Notes under the pieces: generated by a model
The model's input: only the letters and a program-made list of their open reading frames with translations
The model's database searches: none
Told to the model about the DNA's origin: nothing
Sequence record: NC_054929.1
Strand: one strand, 5' to 3'
Length of the DNA: 64,000 nt
DNA from: Escherichia phage PE37
Shown here: positions 48,846 through 57,576 of the stretch, piece after piece
How positions within the stretch are numbered: position 1 is the stretch's first letter
Layout of the letters: each line of letters begins with the position of its first letter
Made by a program: the position numbers and the translations under genes

Positions 48846-48853
48846 GAATTAGT

Positions 48854-49036
48854 ATGGATTTATTTGAGATGTTAGAAGATAATCATTCTACGAATATCCA
48901 GAATGATTCTAGTGATTATAAGAAAGAGTACCGTATAGTATTACAGAATTATGGAATTGAAGCCCCAGATGCTCTTCTAGAAGAACTAGCTTCATACCAT
49001 CTTGACCCTCCGCCTTGGGCTCCCTGGGCAAAATAA
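48854..49036 (+). CDS. hypothetical acidic protein (60 aa)
   Basis: Track ORF. Confidence 0.45.
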   Translation: MDLFEMLEDNHSTNIQNDSSDYKKEYRIVLQNYGIEAPDALLEELASYHLDPPPWAPWAK

Positions 49037-49103
49037 TTCAAAAAGTTGTTTACTTTCCTTTCTAACGATGATATGATAGCTTCTGAAGTATACGGAGGCT
49101 ATC

Positions 49104-49727
49104 ATGATTATTAATCCTGCAGATGTTGAACAGTTATCTATAAAAGCTGAAAGCGTTGATTTTCAATATGATATGTATAAAAAGGTCTGTGAAAAATTTA
49201 CTGACTTTGAACAGTCAGTTCTTTGGCAGTGTATGGAAGCCAAAAAGAATGAAGCTCTTCATCGGCAGTTGAATAAAATCATTAAAAAGCATTTAACTAA
49301 ATCGCCTTATCAATTATATCGTGGTATATCAAAATCGACAAAAGAACTTATTAAAGATTTACAAGTTGGAGAAGTGTTTTCAACGAACAGGGTAGATTCA
49401 TTTACTACTAGTTTGCATACAGCGTGTTCTTTTTCTTATGCTGAATATTTCACTGAAACAATACTTCGTTTAAAAACTGATAAAGCTTTTAATTACTCTG
49501 ACCATATCAGCGATATTATACTTTCTTCTCCTAATACTGAGTTTAAGTACACGTATGAAGACACTGATGGATTAGATTCAGAGCGTACTGATAACTTAAT
49601 GATGATTGTACATGAACAAGAATGGATGATTCCAATTGGAAAGTATAGAATAACTTCTATTTCAAAAGAAAAATTACATGATTCATTTGGAACATTTAAA
49701 GTTTATGATATTGAGGTAGTTGAATGA
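49104..49727 (+). CDS. modB: ADP-ribosyltransferase ModB
   Basis: 207 aa, matches recalled T4 ModB; R-S-E-type ART signature (YRGI, STS). Confidence 0.8.
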   Translation: MIINPADVEQLSIKAESVDFQYDMYKKVCEKFTDFEQSVLWQCMEAKKNEALHRQLNKIIKKHLTKSPYQLYRGISKSTKELIKDLQVGEVFSTNRVDSFTTSLHTACSFSYAEYFTETILRLKTDKAFNYSDHISDIILSSPNTEFKYTYEDTDGLDSERTDNLMMIVHEQEWMIPIGKYRITSISKEKLHDSFGTFKVYDIEVVE

Positions 49728-50326
49728 AATACTCAGTAATGCAACTAAAAGATTTTAAAATAAAATCAATGGATGCATCGGTGCGTGCTTCTATTCGTGA
49801 AGAATTACTTTCTGAAGGGTTTAATTTATCTGAAATTGAACTTTTAATTCATTGTATTACTAATAAGCCAGATGACCATACTTGGTTAAATGAAATAATC
49901 AAATCTCGTTTGGTTCCAAACGATAAACCTCTTTGGAGAGGTGTTCCAGTCGAGACTAAGCAGGTGTTAAATCAAGGAATTGATATTATTACATTTGATA
50001 AAGTCGTATCAGCTTCATATGATAAAAATATAGCTCTACATTTTGCTTCCGGTTTAGAGTATAACACGCAAGTTATTTTTGAATTCAAAGCTCCTATGGT
50101 ATTCAATTTTCAGGAGTATGCTATAAAAGCTCTACGCTGTAAAGAATACAATCCAAACTTTAAGTTTCCGGATAGCCATCGTTATCGTAATATGGAATTA
50201 GTTTCAGATGAACAAGAAGTAATGATACCAGCTGGAAGTGTATTTAGAATTGCAGATAGATATGAGTACAAAAAGTATTCAACATACACTATCTATACTC
50301 TTGATTTTGAAGGATTTAATCTATAA
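49724..50326 (+). CDS. modA: ADP-ribosyltransferase ModA
   Basis: 200 aa, paralog of ModB, ATGA overlap; position as in T4. Confidence 0.75.
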   Translation: MKYSVMQLKDFKIKSMDASVRASIREELLSEGFNLSEIELLIHCITNKPDDHTWLNEIIKSRLVPNDKPLWRGVPVETKQVLNQGIDIITFDKVVSASYDKNIALHFASGLEYNTQVIFEFKAPMVFNFQEYAIKALRCKEYNPNFKFPDSHRYRNMELVSDEQEVMIPAGSVFRIADRYEYKKYSTYTIYTLDFEGFNL

Positions 50327-50380
50327 TGGAAGGACTTAGATTCATTATACCATGAAATTTTTGAAGCATTTTTCATAAAA

Positions 50381-50412
50381 TTGTTTACAAGCCAAGGTAA
50401 AAATGTTATAGT
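50381..50412 (+). promoter_or_regulatory. T4-type early promoter
   Basis: gtttacaagccaaggtaaaaatgttatagt. Confidence 0.5.
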
Positions 50413-50447
50413 ATAGTAGTCAATCGTCCGTAAGATGTGAGAAAAAT

Positions 50448-51203
50448 ATGAAACTGCATAATATGTCTAATAATCAAATTCGTAAAATTAAACGTCGTTT
50501 AGAGCACACTCAGGCATCTGCAAAAAGGCGTTCTAAAGATTTTAACTTAGACTTCAATTACATTAAGAATATTTTAGATCAAAAAGTTTGTGCTTACTCG
50601 GGAGAACCTTTTGATAATCGTATTGAAGGAGAGAAATTATCATTAGAACGTTTTGATAATAACGTTGGATACATTAAAGGGAATGTTATTGCAGTAAAGA
50701 AAAAGTATAATACATTTCGTTCTGATTATACTTTAGAAGAGTTGATTGAAAAACGGGATTTATTTGCTTTGCGAATTGGTCGTTCATCTGCGAAAAAAGT
50801 TCATAAACTAAATTTAGATGAAAAGAAATGGGCTAAAATCAAAAAGACTTATAATCAAATTAAAGCTATACAGAAAAAGCGTGAAAATCGAATTGAACAC
50901 ATTTCTCAGCTTTCTAAATCAAAACAGACCTCTGACATTAAGCTAAGGATTATAGCACTTAAAGCTCGTATTGATGGTTCTCGCATAGCAGAAGGCGCTG
51001 AAGTTGTTAAACTGAACGTTCTTCTTAAAGGCTCGGATTGGAAAACTGTGAAAAAGTTGTCAGAAGCAGAAATGCAATATGATATGTGTGATAAAATTAT
51101 TCAAGGTGTAGAGCGGTATCAAAACTTGTCTTTTATTGATAAACTTAAACTGAAAAGAGGATACCCGCTAAATTGTTCAATTTTTAAACTTATCCGAGGA
51201 TAA
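50448..51203 (+). CDS. srd: hypothetical basic protein (251 aa), possibly Srd
   Basis: Position between modA and dda.1 as T4 srd; identity by synteny only. Confidence 0.4.
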   Translation: MKLHNMSNNQIRKIKRRLEHTQASAKRRSKDFNLDFNYIKNILDQKVCAYSGEPFDNRIEGEKLSLERFDNNVGYIKGNVIAVKKKYNTFRSDYTLEELIEKRDLFALRIGRSSAKKVHKLNLDEKKWAKIKKTYNQIKAIQKKRENRIEHISQLSKSKQTSDIKLRIIALKARIDGSRIAEGAEVVKLNVLLKGSDWKTVKKLSEAEMQYDMCDKIIQGVERYQNLSFIDKLKLKRGYPLNCSIFKLIRG

Positions 51204-51204
51204 T

Positions 51205-51516
51205 ATGTTTTATGTATATGCGATAGTGTATAGAGATAAAGATGGATTTGCGGTGCCTGTTCCTCTTGATGAACATCGTCCTGCTGTGTTTTTTGAAAGA
51301 GAGATTGCTGATAGAGTTTTTACTACTCTCAAAGACCAATATAAACTAGCTTTAGGTATGGGAATTCCAAGACTAGTTGAGACTCCACGCAAGTTTTGGT
51401 TTAATAAAATAGAAGTTAAACATGTTAAGCCTGATGTAGATACACAAAGATTATATCAACGAATTTTAGATACTGGGCGTATTGTTAGTATACCAATTGC
51501 AGGGAATTTACGATGA
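51205..51516 (+). CDS. hypothetical protein (103 aa), dda.1-like by position
   Basis: Track ORF. Confidence 0.55.
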   Translation: MFYVYAIVYRDKDGFAVPVPLDEHRPAVFFEREIADRVFTTLKDQYKLALGMGIPRLVETPRKFWFNKIEVKHVKPDVDTQRLYQRILDTGRIVSIPIAGNLR

Positions 51517-52832
51517 CATTTGATGATTTGACCGAAGGCCAGAAAAATGCCTTTAACATCGTTATGAGGGCTATTAAAGAAAAGAAACATCATGTAACTA
51601 TTAATGGACCTGCTGGTACTGGTAAGACTACTCTTACTAAGTTCATCATTGAAGCCTTAATATCTACGGGCGAAACTGGTATCATTTTAGCAGCTCCTAC
51701 TCATGCAGCTAAAAAGATTCTTTCAAAACTGTCAGGGAAAGAAGCGAGTACTATTCACAGTATTCTTAAAATTAACCCAGTAACATATGAAGAAAACGTT
51801 CTTTTTGAACAAAAAGAAGTACCGGATTTAGCTAAATGCAGGGTATTAATCTGCGATGAAGTATCAATGTATGATAGAAAGCTATTTAAAATTCTGCTTT
51901 CAACTATCCCGCCGTGGTGTACTATAATTGGAATAGGCGATAATAAGCAAATTAGACCTGTTGACCCAGGAGAAAACACTGCTTATATCAGTCCATTCTT
52001 TACACATAAAGATTTTTATCAGTGTGAACTCACTGAAGTTAAACGCAGTAATGCTCCTATTATTGATGTAGCTACTGACGTTCGTAACGGTAAGTGGATT
52101 TATGATAAAGTTGTTGACGGGCATGGAGTACGTGGATTTACTGGTGATACCGCTTTACGCGATTTTATGGTAAATTATTTTTCAATCGTCAAATCTTTAG
52201 ATGATTTGTTTGAAAATCGCGTAATGGCATTTACGAATAAATCTGTTGACAAGTTAAATAGCATTATTCGTAAAAAGATTTTTGAAACTGATAAAGATTT
52301 TATTGTCGGTGAAATTATTGTAATGCAGGAACCATTAATTAAAACATATAAAATTGATGGAAAGCCTGTGTCAGAAATTATTTTTAATAATGGACAATTA
52401 GTTCGTATTATAGAAGCAGAGTATACATCGACGTTTGTTAAAGCTCGTGGTGTTCCTGGAGAATATCTAATTCGTCATTGGGATTTAACAGTAGAAACTT
52501 ACGGCGATGATGAATATTATCGTGAAAAGATTAAAATAATTTCATCTGATGAAGAGCTATATAAGTTTAACCTGTTTTTAGGTAAAACGGCAGAAACTTA
52601 TAAAAATTGGAATAAAGGCGGAAAAGCTCCATGGAGTGATTTTTGGGATGCTAAATCACAGTTTAGTAAAGTGAAAGCACTTCCTGCATCAACATTCCAT
52701 AAAGCTCAGGGTATGTCTGTAGACCGTGCTTTCATTTATACGCCTTGTATTCATTATGCAGATGCTGAACTAGCTCAGCAGCTTCTTTATGTTGGTGTAA
52801 CACGTGGTCGTTATGATGTGTTTTACGTATGA
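51513..52832 (+). CDS. dda: Dda DNA helicase (SF1B)
   Basis: 439 aa; Walker A GPAGTGKT; near-identical to recalled T4 Dda. Confidence 0.95.
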   Translation: MTFDDLTEGQKNAFNIVMRAIKEKKHHVTINGPAGTGKTTLTKFIIEALISTGETGIILAAPTHAAKKILSKLSGKEASTIHSILKINPVTYEENVLFEQKEVPDLAKCRVLICDEVSMYDRKLFKILLSTIPPWCTIIGIGDNKQIRPVDPGENTAYISPFFTHKDFYQCELTEVKRSNAPIIDVATDVRNGKWIYDKVVDGHGVRGFTGDTALRDFMVNYFSIVKSLDDLFENRVMAFTNKSVDKLNSIIRKKIFETDKDFIVGEIIVMQEPLIKTYKIDGKPVSEIIFNNGQLVRIIEAEYTSTFVKARGVPGEYLIRHWDLTVETYGDDEYYREKIKIISSDEELYKFNLFLGKTAETYKNWNKGGKAPWSDFWDAKSQFSKVKALPASTFHKAQGMSVDRAFIYTPCIHYADAELAQQLLYVGVTRGRYDVFYV

Positions 52833-52853
52833 TTAAATTCGAGGAAGCTATTC

Positions 52854-53099
52854 GTGGAAATAACTAAAGACCAGTTTTATCTGCTTCAAGATAAAGTGAG
52901 CGAAATTTATGAAATAGCTTATAGTAAAAATCGCAAAAACGTGAAAATTGAATCGGGAAAGTTAATGCTTCAATTGGAAGAAATTGAACGAGATTTAATT
53001 GCGTTAGAATTCTTTTGTGGTGAAGTGAAAACTGTTACAATCAGTGATTATGTTTTAGGTGAAATTAGCCATCTTTATAAGGCGGTTATTAATGATTGA
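52854..53099 (+). CDS. hypothetical protein (81 aa)
   Basis: Track ORF, GTG start with GAGGAAG RBS. Confidence 0.5.
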   Translation: MEITKDQFYLLQDKVSEIYEIAYSKNRKNVKIESGKLMLQLEEIERDLIALEFFCGEVKTVTISDYVLGEISHLYKAVIND

Positions 53100-53301
53100 A
53101 TTAAGTTTGCATCAGTTTAAATCTCTTGTGGCAAATGTTAAAGCTGTCATTCAAGAAAATTCAGGACCTGATAATGTTACTATTCGCGAAAAAGCTTTAA
53201 AGATAGTATACAGTCTTGAAGAGATACAAAAAGATATTGAATCTATGGCAAAATTTATTGATGAGCCCATTAATAAAGTTATATCCAAGATTATACTGTA
53301 G
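53092..53301 (+). CDS. hypothetical protein (69 aa)
   Basis: Track ORF 53059..53301 trimmed to ATG 53092. Confidence 0.5.
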   Translation: MIELSLHQFKSLVANVKAVIQENSGPDNVTIREKALKIVYSLEEIQKDIESMAKFIDEPINKVISKIIL

Positions 53302-53332
53302 GTCAAATTCGCGATTTAGCGAGGAAAATTTA

Positions 53333-54016
53333 ATGTTTGATTTTATTATAGATTTTGAAACAATGGGAAGCGGTGAAAAGGCAGCTGTTATTGATTTGGC
53401 TGTAATTGCTTTTGACCCTAATCCGGAAGTTGTTGAAACATTCGATGAACTAGTTTCACGTGGCATTAAAATTAAATTTGACTTAAAAAGTCAAAAAGGA
53501 CACCGTCTTTTTACTAAAAGCACTATTGAATGGTGGAAAAATCAATCGCCTGAAGCTAGAAAAAATATTGCACCATCAGATGAAGATGTAAGCACCATTG
53601 ATGGTATTGCAAAATTCAATGATTACATCAATGCACATAATATCGATCCTTGGAAATCTCAAGGCTGGTGCCGTGGAATGTCGTTTGATTTTCCAATTTT
53701 AGTCGATCTCATTCGCGATATTCAACGTCTTAACGGCGTTTCCGAGAATGAGCTTGACACATTTAAGTTAGAACCATGTAAATTCTGGAATCAGCGTGAT
53801 ATTCGTACCAGAATTGAAGCACTTCTACTTGTTCGTGATATGACCACATGTCCTCTTCCAAAGGGAACTTTAGATGGATTCGTTGCGCATGATTCTATTC
53901 ATGACTGTGCGAAAGACATCCTGATGATGAAGTATGCTTTGCGCTATGCTATGGGTCTTGAAGATGCTCCGTCAGAGGAAGAGTGCGATCCTCTGTCTCT
54001 TCCAACAAAACGATAA
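53333..54016 (+). CDS. dexA: exonuclease A DexA
   Basis: 227 aa; DEDD-type exonuclease motif FDFIIDFET; track ORF trimmed to ATG 53333. Confidence 0.9.
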   Translation: MFDFIIDFETMGSGEKAAVIDLAVIAFDPNPEVVETFDELVSRGIKIKFDLKSQKGHRLFTKSTIEWWKNQSPEARKNIAPSDEDVSTIDGIAKFNDYINAHNIDPWKSQGWCRGMSFDFPILVDLIRDIQRLNGVSENELDTFKLEPCKFWNQRDIRTRIEALLLVRDMTTCPLPKGTLDGFVAHDSIHDCAKDILMMKYALRYAMGLEDAPSEEECDPLSLPTKR

Positions 54017-54022
54017 AAAGTT

Positions 54023-54052
54023 GTTTACTTCCTCGGTTAGTTGTGGTATTAT
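54023..54052 (+). promoter_or_regulatory. T4-type early promoter
   Basis: gtttacttcctcggttagttgtggtattat. Confidence 0.5.
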
Positions 54053-54079
54053 AACAGCATAGCTACTGAGGATAATAAA

Positions 54080-54592
54080 ATGAAAATTTATCGTGTTGAA
54101 TCATCGTTTAGCGCATTAAATGATGATAGTGGTATAATGAAAATTAGGCAAGAGTTATGTGTTCAATCAACTCCTTATCGTGGATTTGATTCTATGAAAA
54201 CTCGAACTTGGCTAAAATTTTGCGGTATTAATTCATCGTCATTTCATCATCATAGCGATAATTATGAAAGTCATGAAAGTATTCCTATTCCACACGATGA
54301 TAAGTTATTAGTTGAAAATGCTAATGATGCTATTAAAACTAAATGGAATAAAGATTATTCACGAATTGAAAATTATATTCCATTATGGTTTATTGCATTA
54401 TATCATTTTGCTTTCGCTAGTGAATATGATATAATGAGATGGTTTACTCGAGAAGAGCGTGAAGACTTAAAAGATCGTGGAATGTACATTGCGATTTATG
54501 AAGTGCCAGATGATCAAGTTATCATTGGTGGGCATCAAGTAATGTTTCGCAAATCGCATGCCGAATTAAAAGGCTTTATTACCTTAGATTAA
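54080..54592 (+). CDS. hypothetical protein (170 aa)
   Basis: Track ORF 54041..54592 trimmed to ATG 54080 with GAGGA RBS. Confidence 0.55.
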   Translation: MKIYRVESSFSALNDDSGIMKIRQELCVQSTPYRGFDSMKTRTWLKFCGINSSSFHHHSDNYESHESIPIPHDDKLLVENANDAIKTKWNKDYSRIENYIPLWFIALYHFAFASEYDIMRWFTREEREDLKDRGMYIAIYEVPDDQVIIGGHQVMFRKSHAELKGFITLD

Positions 54593-54601
54593 AGGAAAAT
54601 T

Positions 54602-55102
54602 ATGATTAAAATTAATACTACGTATCAAATGAAAAAACCATCTGAAATTGATTTCCAGACAATGTCGAATACGACTGATAGCAAGTTTTGGGAACTTCTT
54701 GGTACAACTGGCGGATATCCTTTTACTGTTATTAGTGTTAATAGCGGAATTCTCATTGGTACAGTGTACATGGAAATTAGAAACTATTATGGAAGGGTAT
54801 CATCATTCATCATCTATGAAGAAGATTTCAATTTATTGACAGAAATTGAAAAAGAAGAACAAGAAAAATCCCATATTGATATGGATTTAGTTTCTATGTA
54901 TGTAACACCAGTTGAAAAAATTGAAGACCCGACTGATTTGTTGTGTAAGGCAGTTTATATTCGTCGTCCATTCGCGAATCCGATTGGCGGTTGGGTAACT
55001 GATCAGTGGATTGAAGATGGTGTTGAACTTCTGAACGTAGTTCATGCTGGAGAGTACTCTGTAGTTCCTCGCAGCGCAGTGATTAATGTTCGTGTAAGCT
55101 AG
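54602..55102 (+). CDS. hypothetical protein (166 aa), paralog of the next ORF
   Basis: Track ORF; shared C-terminal TDQW-x-EDGV-x-L-x-NVV motif. Confidence 0.6.
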   Translation: MIKINTTYQMKKPSEIDFQTMSNTTDSKFWELLGTTGGYPFTVISVNSGILIGTVYMEIRNYYGRVSSFIIYEEDFNLLTEIEKEEQEKSHIDMDLVSMYVTPVEKIEDPTDLLCKAVYIRRPFANPIGGWVTDQWIEDGVELLNVVHAGEYSVVPRSAVINVRVS

Positions 55103-55131
55103 TTTACAAACTCTTGGGATCAGAGTATAAT
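55102..55131 (+). promoter_or_regulatory. T4-type early promoter
   Basis: gtttacaaactcttgggatcagagtataat. Confidence 0.5.
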
Positions 55132-55175
55132 GATCCCGTGGAGTATAAAATCTTTTTAACAAGTGAGAGATAACT

Positions 55176-55664
55176 ATGATTATTAATATTGGTGAAATTG
55201 CTCGTGTATCTGATAAATCCCGTTCTAAAGCAGCAGGAAAATTGGTTGAAATTGTAAGCATTCAGCTTAAACACGGTGTTAAAGATGAAGATTCTGAAGT
55301 AAAAGTGCGTATCATTCCTAAAGATGGAAAGTCTAAACCTCAGTTTGGCTATGTTCGTGCGAAATTTCTTGAGTCTGCGTTTTTGAAAGCTGTTCCTGCT
55401 AAAGGAATTGAAACGATTGATACTTCGCATGTAGGCGTAGACTTTAAGTGGAAACTCGGTCAGGCTATTAAGTTCATTGCTCCTTGCGAATTTAAATTTA
55501 TCAAAGATGATGGAAAGGCTGCTTATACTCGCGCTATGTGTGGATACATTACCGATCAATGGGTAGAAGATGGCGTTAAGTTGTACAACGTGGTATTTTT
55601 AGGAACATACAAAGTCATTCCTGAAAGTTGGATTAAACACTATAGCAATGCTCTCTATGCATAA
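55176..55664 (+). CDS. motB: hypothetical protein (162 aa), possibly MotB
   Basis: Length and position match T4 motB; symbol by synteny only. Confidence 0.4.
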   Translation: MIINIGEIARVSDKSRSKAAGKLVEIVSIQLKHGVKDEDSEVKVRIIPKDGKSKPQFGYVRAKFLESAFLKAVPAKGIETIDTSHVGVDFKWKLGQAIKFIAPCEFKFIKDDGKAAYTRAMCGYITDQWVEDGVKLYNVVFLGTYKVIPESWIKHYSNALYA

Positions 55665-55761
55665 AGTTTAAAATTTTTTCATAAAACTATATACATCAGT
55701 AGTTGATTATGGTACTATATCAATATCAACTACTGATACAGAAAACAACTTGGAGAATAAA

Positions 55762-56031
55762 ATGGAAAACTTAATTATCATCGAGCAATCTTTCAACGAT
55801 TATGGTATGGCTTACGGTTATCGTGCGATAATGGAAGATTCTCGTGGATGTGTTATCGATATTGCTGAATGTAAAGATTTACTACAGCTTTTGAAGATTG
55901 TTCGTAAAAATTGGGATTGTGAAAATATTAAAGTTCGAGTTGTTACAGAAGAAGAAACTGTTTTTCATGATGTAAAATTCGCTAAAGGTGCTGCTACTCT
56001 TCTGAAACGTATCGCTCCAATGTTTAATTAA
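55762..56031 (+). CDS. hypothetical protein (89 aa)
   Basis: Track ORF trimmed to ATG after conserved leader ggagaataaaATG. Confidence 0.55.
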   Translation: MENLIIIEQSFNDYGMAYGYRAIMEDSRGCVIDIAECKDLLQLLKIVRKNWDCENIKVRVVTEEETVFHDVKFAKGAATLLKRIAPMFN

Positions 56032-56044
56032 TGAGGAAATTGTA

Positions 56045-56260
56045 ATGAAACGTAAAATTGTTCAGAATTGCACTAATGACGAATTTGAAGATGTATTATT
56101 TGATCCAAATCTTGTAGTAGTTCAAAAGGAACATACTAATAAGTTTACTCACTTGACTTCGGTTTATGTGTACGAAAAAGTTGGTGATAAACAACCAATT
56201 TATGGTGTGTTTCGCGAAATTACTGAAGATGGTACAACTTATTGGAAGGAAACTTATTAA
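56045..56260 (+). CDS. hypothetical protein (71 aa), possibly Cef
   Basis: Track ORF; length/position resemble T4 cef. Confidence 0.45.
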   Translation: MKRKIVQNCTNDEFEDVLFDPNLVVVQKEHTNKFTHLTSVYVYEKVGDKQPIYGVFREITEDGTTYWKETY

Positions 56261-56685
56261 TGGCTATTAAATTTGAAGTTAATAAATGGTATCAATTTAA
56301 AAATAAACAAGCTCAAGAAGATTTTATCAAGGACCATACTGAAAACGGAATTTATGCACGACGTCTTGGTATGGAACCTTTTAGAGTTACAGATATTGAC
56401 TATCTTGGTCGTCCTACTAAACTTGTGACATCTAGTGGAAAATTGGGGTTATCTTCTGGTAAAGATATTTTGGATGAAGATTTTATCTGGCTTTCAACGA
56501 GTGAAGCTGTGTTCTTTGATGAAGTGGAAAATCCATACCAGGCAGCTGAAGAGCAAGAGCAGGAAGAGAAAGAGCAAGAACAAATAGAAGATTTCACAGA
56601 ATTCCCGGTCATGAAAGTTACTATTGAAAATAATGAACAGGCATGGTCTTTGTATCAGATGTTGAAAGCACACTTTAAGGAATAA
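56260..56685 (+). CDS. goF: hypothetical protein (141 aa) with acidic C-terminus, possibly GoF
   Basis: Length and position match T4 goF; symbol by synteny only. Confidence 0.4.
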   Translation: MAIKFEVNKWYQFKNKQAQEDFIKDHTENGIYARRLGMEPFRVTDIDYLGRPTKLVTSSGKLGLSSGKDILDEDFIWLSTSEAVFFDEVENPYQAAEEQEQEEKEQEQIEDFTEFPVMKVTIENNEQAWSLYQMLKAHFKE

Positions 56686-56687
56686 TT

Positions 56688-56864
56688 ATGCCAATGTATG
56701 ATTATAAATGCCAATCCGAAGATTGCGGGCATGAATATGAAAAAATTAAAAAGATTTCTGAACGAGAAAATGATGTTTGCCCTAAATGTCATCGTTTGTC
56801 TACTCGTCGGCCTTCTGCTCCTAAGCATGTGAATGGCGGTTTTTACGATTTACTTAAAGGGTGA
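56688..56864 (+). CDS. small zinc-ribbon protein (58 aa; CxxC-x16-CxxC)
   Basis: Hand-called ORF MPMYDYKCQSEDCGHEYEK...CPKCHR; below track cut-off. Confidence 0.5.
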   Translation: MPMYDYKCQSEDCGHEYEKIKKISERENDVCPKCHRLSTRRPSAPKHVNGGFYDLLKG

Positions 56865-56866
56865 TT

Positions 56867-57241
56867 ATGTTTAAAATCGGTAAGAAATATCGTGTTCGCG
56901 AAGGTGAAGAAAAGAAATATCTACTTTCTGCTAGTAATAGGAATGGTTCTATTAATGCCGTAATATCTACAAGCGAATTTATCGTTGAAGATATGAAAGG
57001 TCATAATGTTACAATGATTAGTACAGCAACTAGCAGAAATGCTGGAAAAATTCTTCACAGTCTGCGGAGTGAAGTTCTAATTTATGATGAAGAATTTGAC
57101 TTCTTCGAAGAAGTCACTGAAGATTTTGATTTTGAATGCACTATCACTATGAAATCTGGCGACCCTCTTTCTTTTACAGTTAAAGATGAAAGAAGCCGTT
57201 TGAGAATTATTAGTCTCCTTCAAGCCATTAAATTTAAGTGA
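56867..57241 (+). CDS. hypothetical protein (124 aa)
   Basis: Track ORF 56861..57241 trimmed to ATG 56867. Confidence 0.55.
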   Translation: MFKIGKKYRVREGEEKKYLLSASNRNGSINAVISTSEFIVEDMKGHNVTMISTATSRNAGKILHSLRSEVLIYDEEFDFFEEVTEDFDFECTITMKSGDPLSFTVKDERSRLRIISLLQAIKFK

Positions 57242-57507
57242 AAACTATGAAATATATTAATCGTTCTATTGCAGCATTAGTATTAGCAGTATCTTTAGTA
57301 GGATGTACTGATGCTGATAATGCAACTAAAATTTTATCATCAAGTGGTTTTACGAATATTGAAATCACTGGATATAACTGGTTCGGTTGCTCTGAAAATG
57401 ATTTCCAACATACTGGATTTCGTGCTATTGGACCTACTGGGCAGAAAGTAGAAGGAACAGTATGTTCTGGGTTGTTCTTTAAGGATTCAACTATTCGTTT
57501 TAAATAA
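57238..57507 (+). CDS. predicted lipoprotein (89 aa)
   Basis: Signal peptide with lipobox LVGC. Confidence 0.55.
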   Translation: MKTMKYINRSIAALVLAVSLVGCTDADNATKILSSSGFTNIEITGYNWFGCSENDFQHTGFRAIGPTGQKVEGTVCSGLFFKDSTIRFK

Positions 57508-57524
57508 AAGGCCTTCGGGCCTTT
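57507..57524 (+). terminator. UUCG-loop hairpin terminator
   Basis: aaaggccttcgggccttt. Confidence 0.6.
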
Positions 57525-57550
57525 AGCTTTATGATTGCCGGAGTATAATA
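57522..57550 (+). promoter_or_regulatory. middle promoter (MotA-box-like AGCTTTA + TATAAT) upstream of gene 39
   Basis: tagctttatgattgccggagtataat. Confidence 0.45.
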
Positions 57551-57576
57551 TTCCCGAAACCAAACGAGGATAAGTA

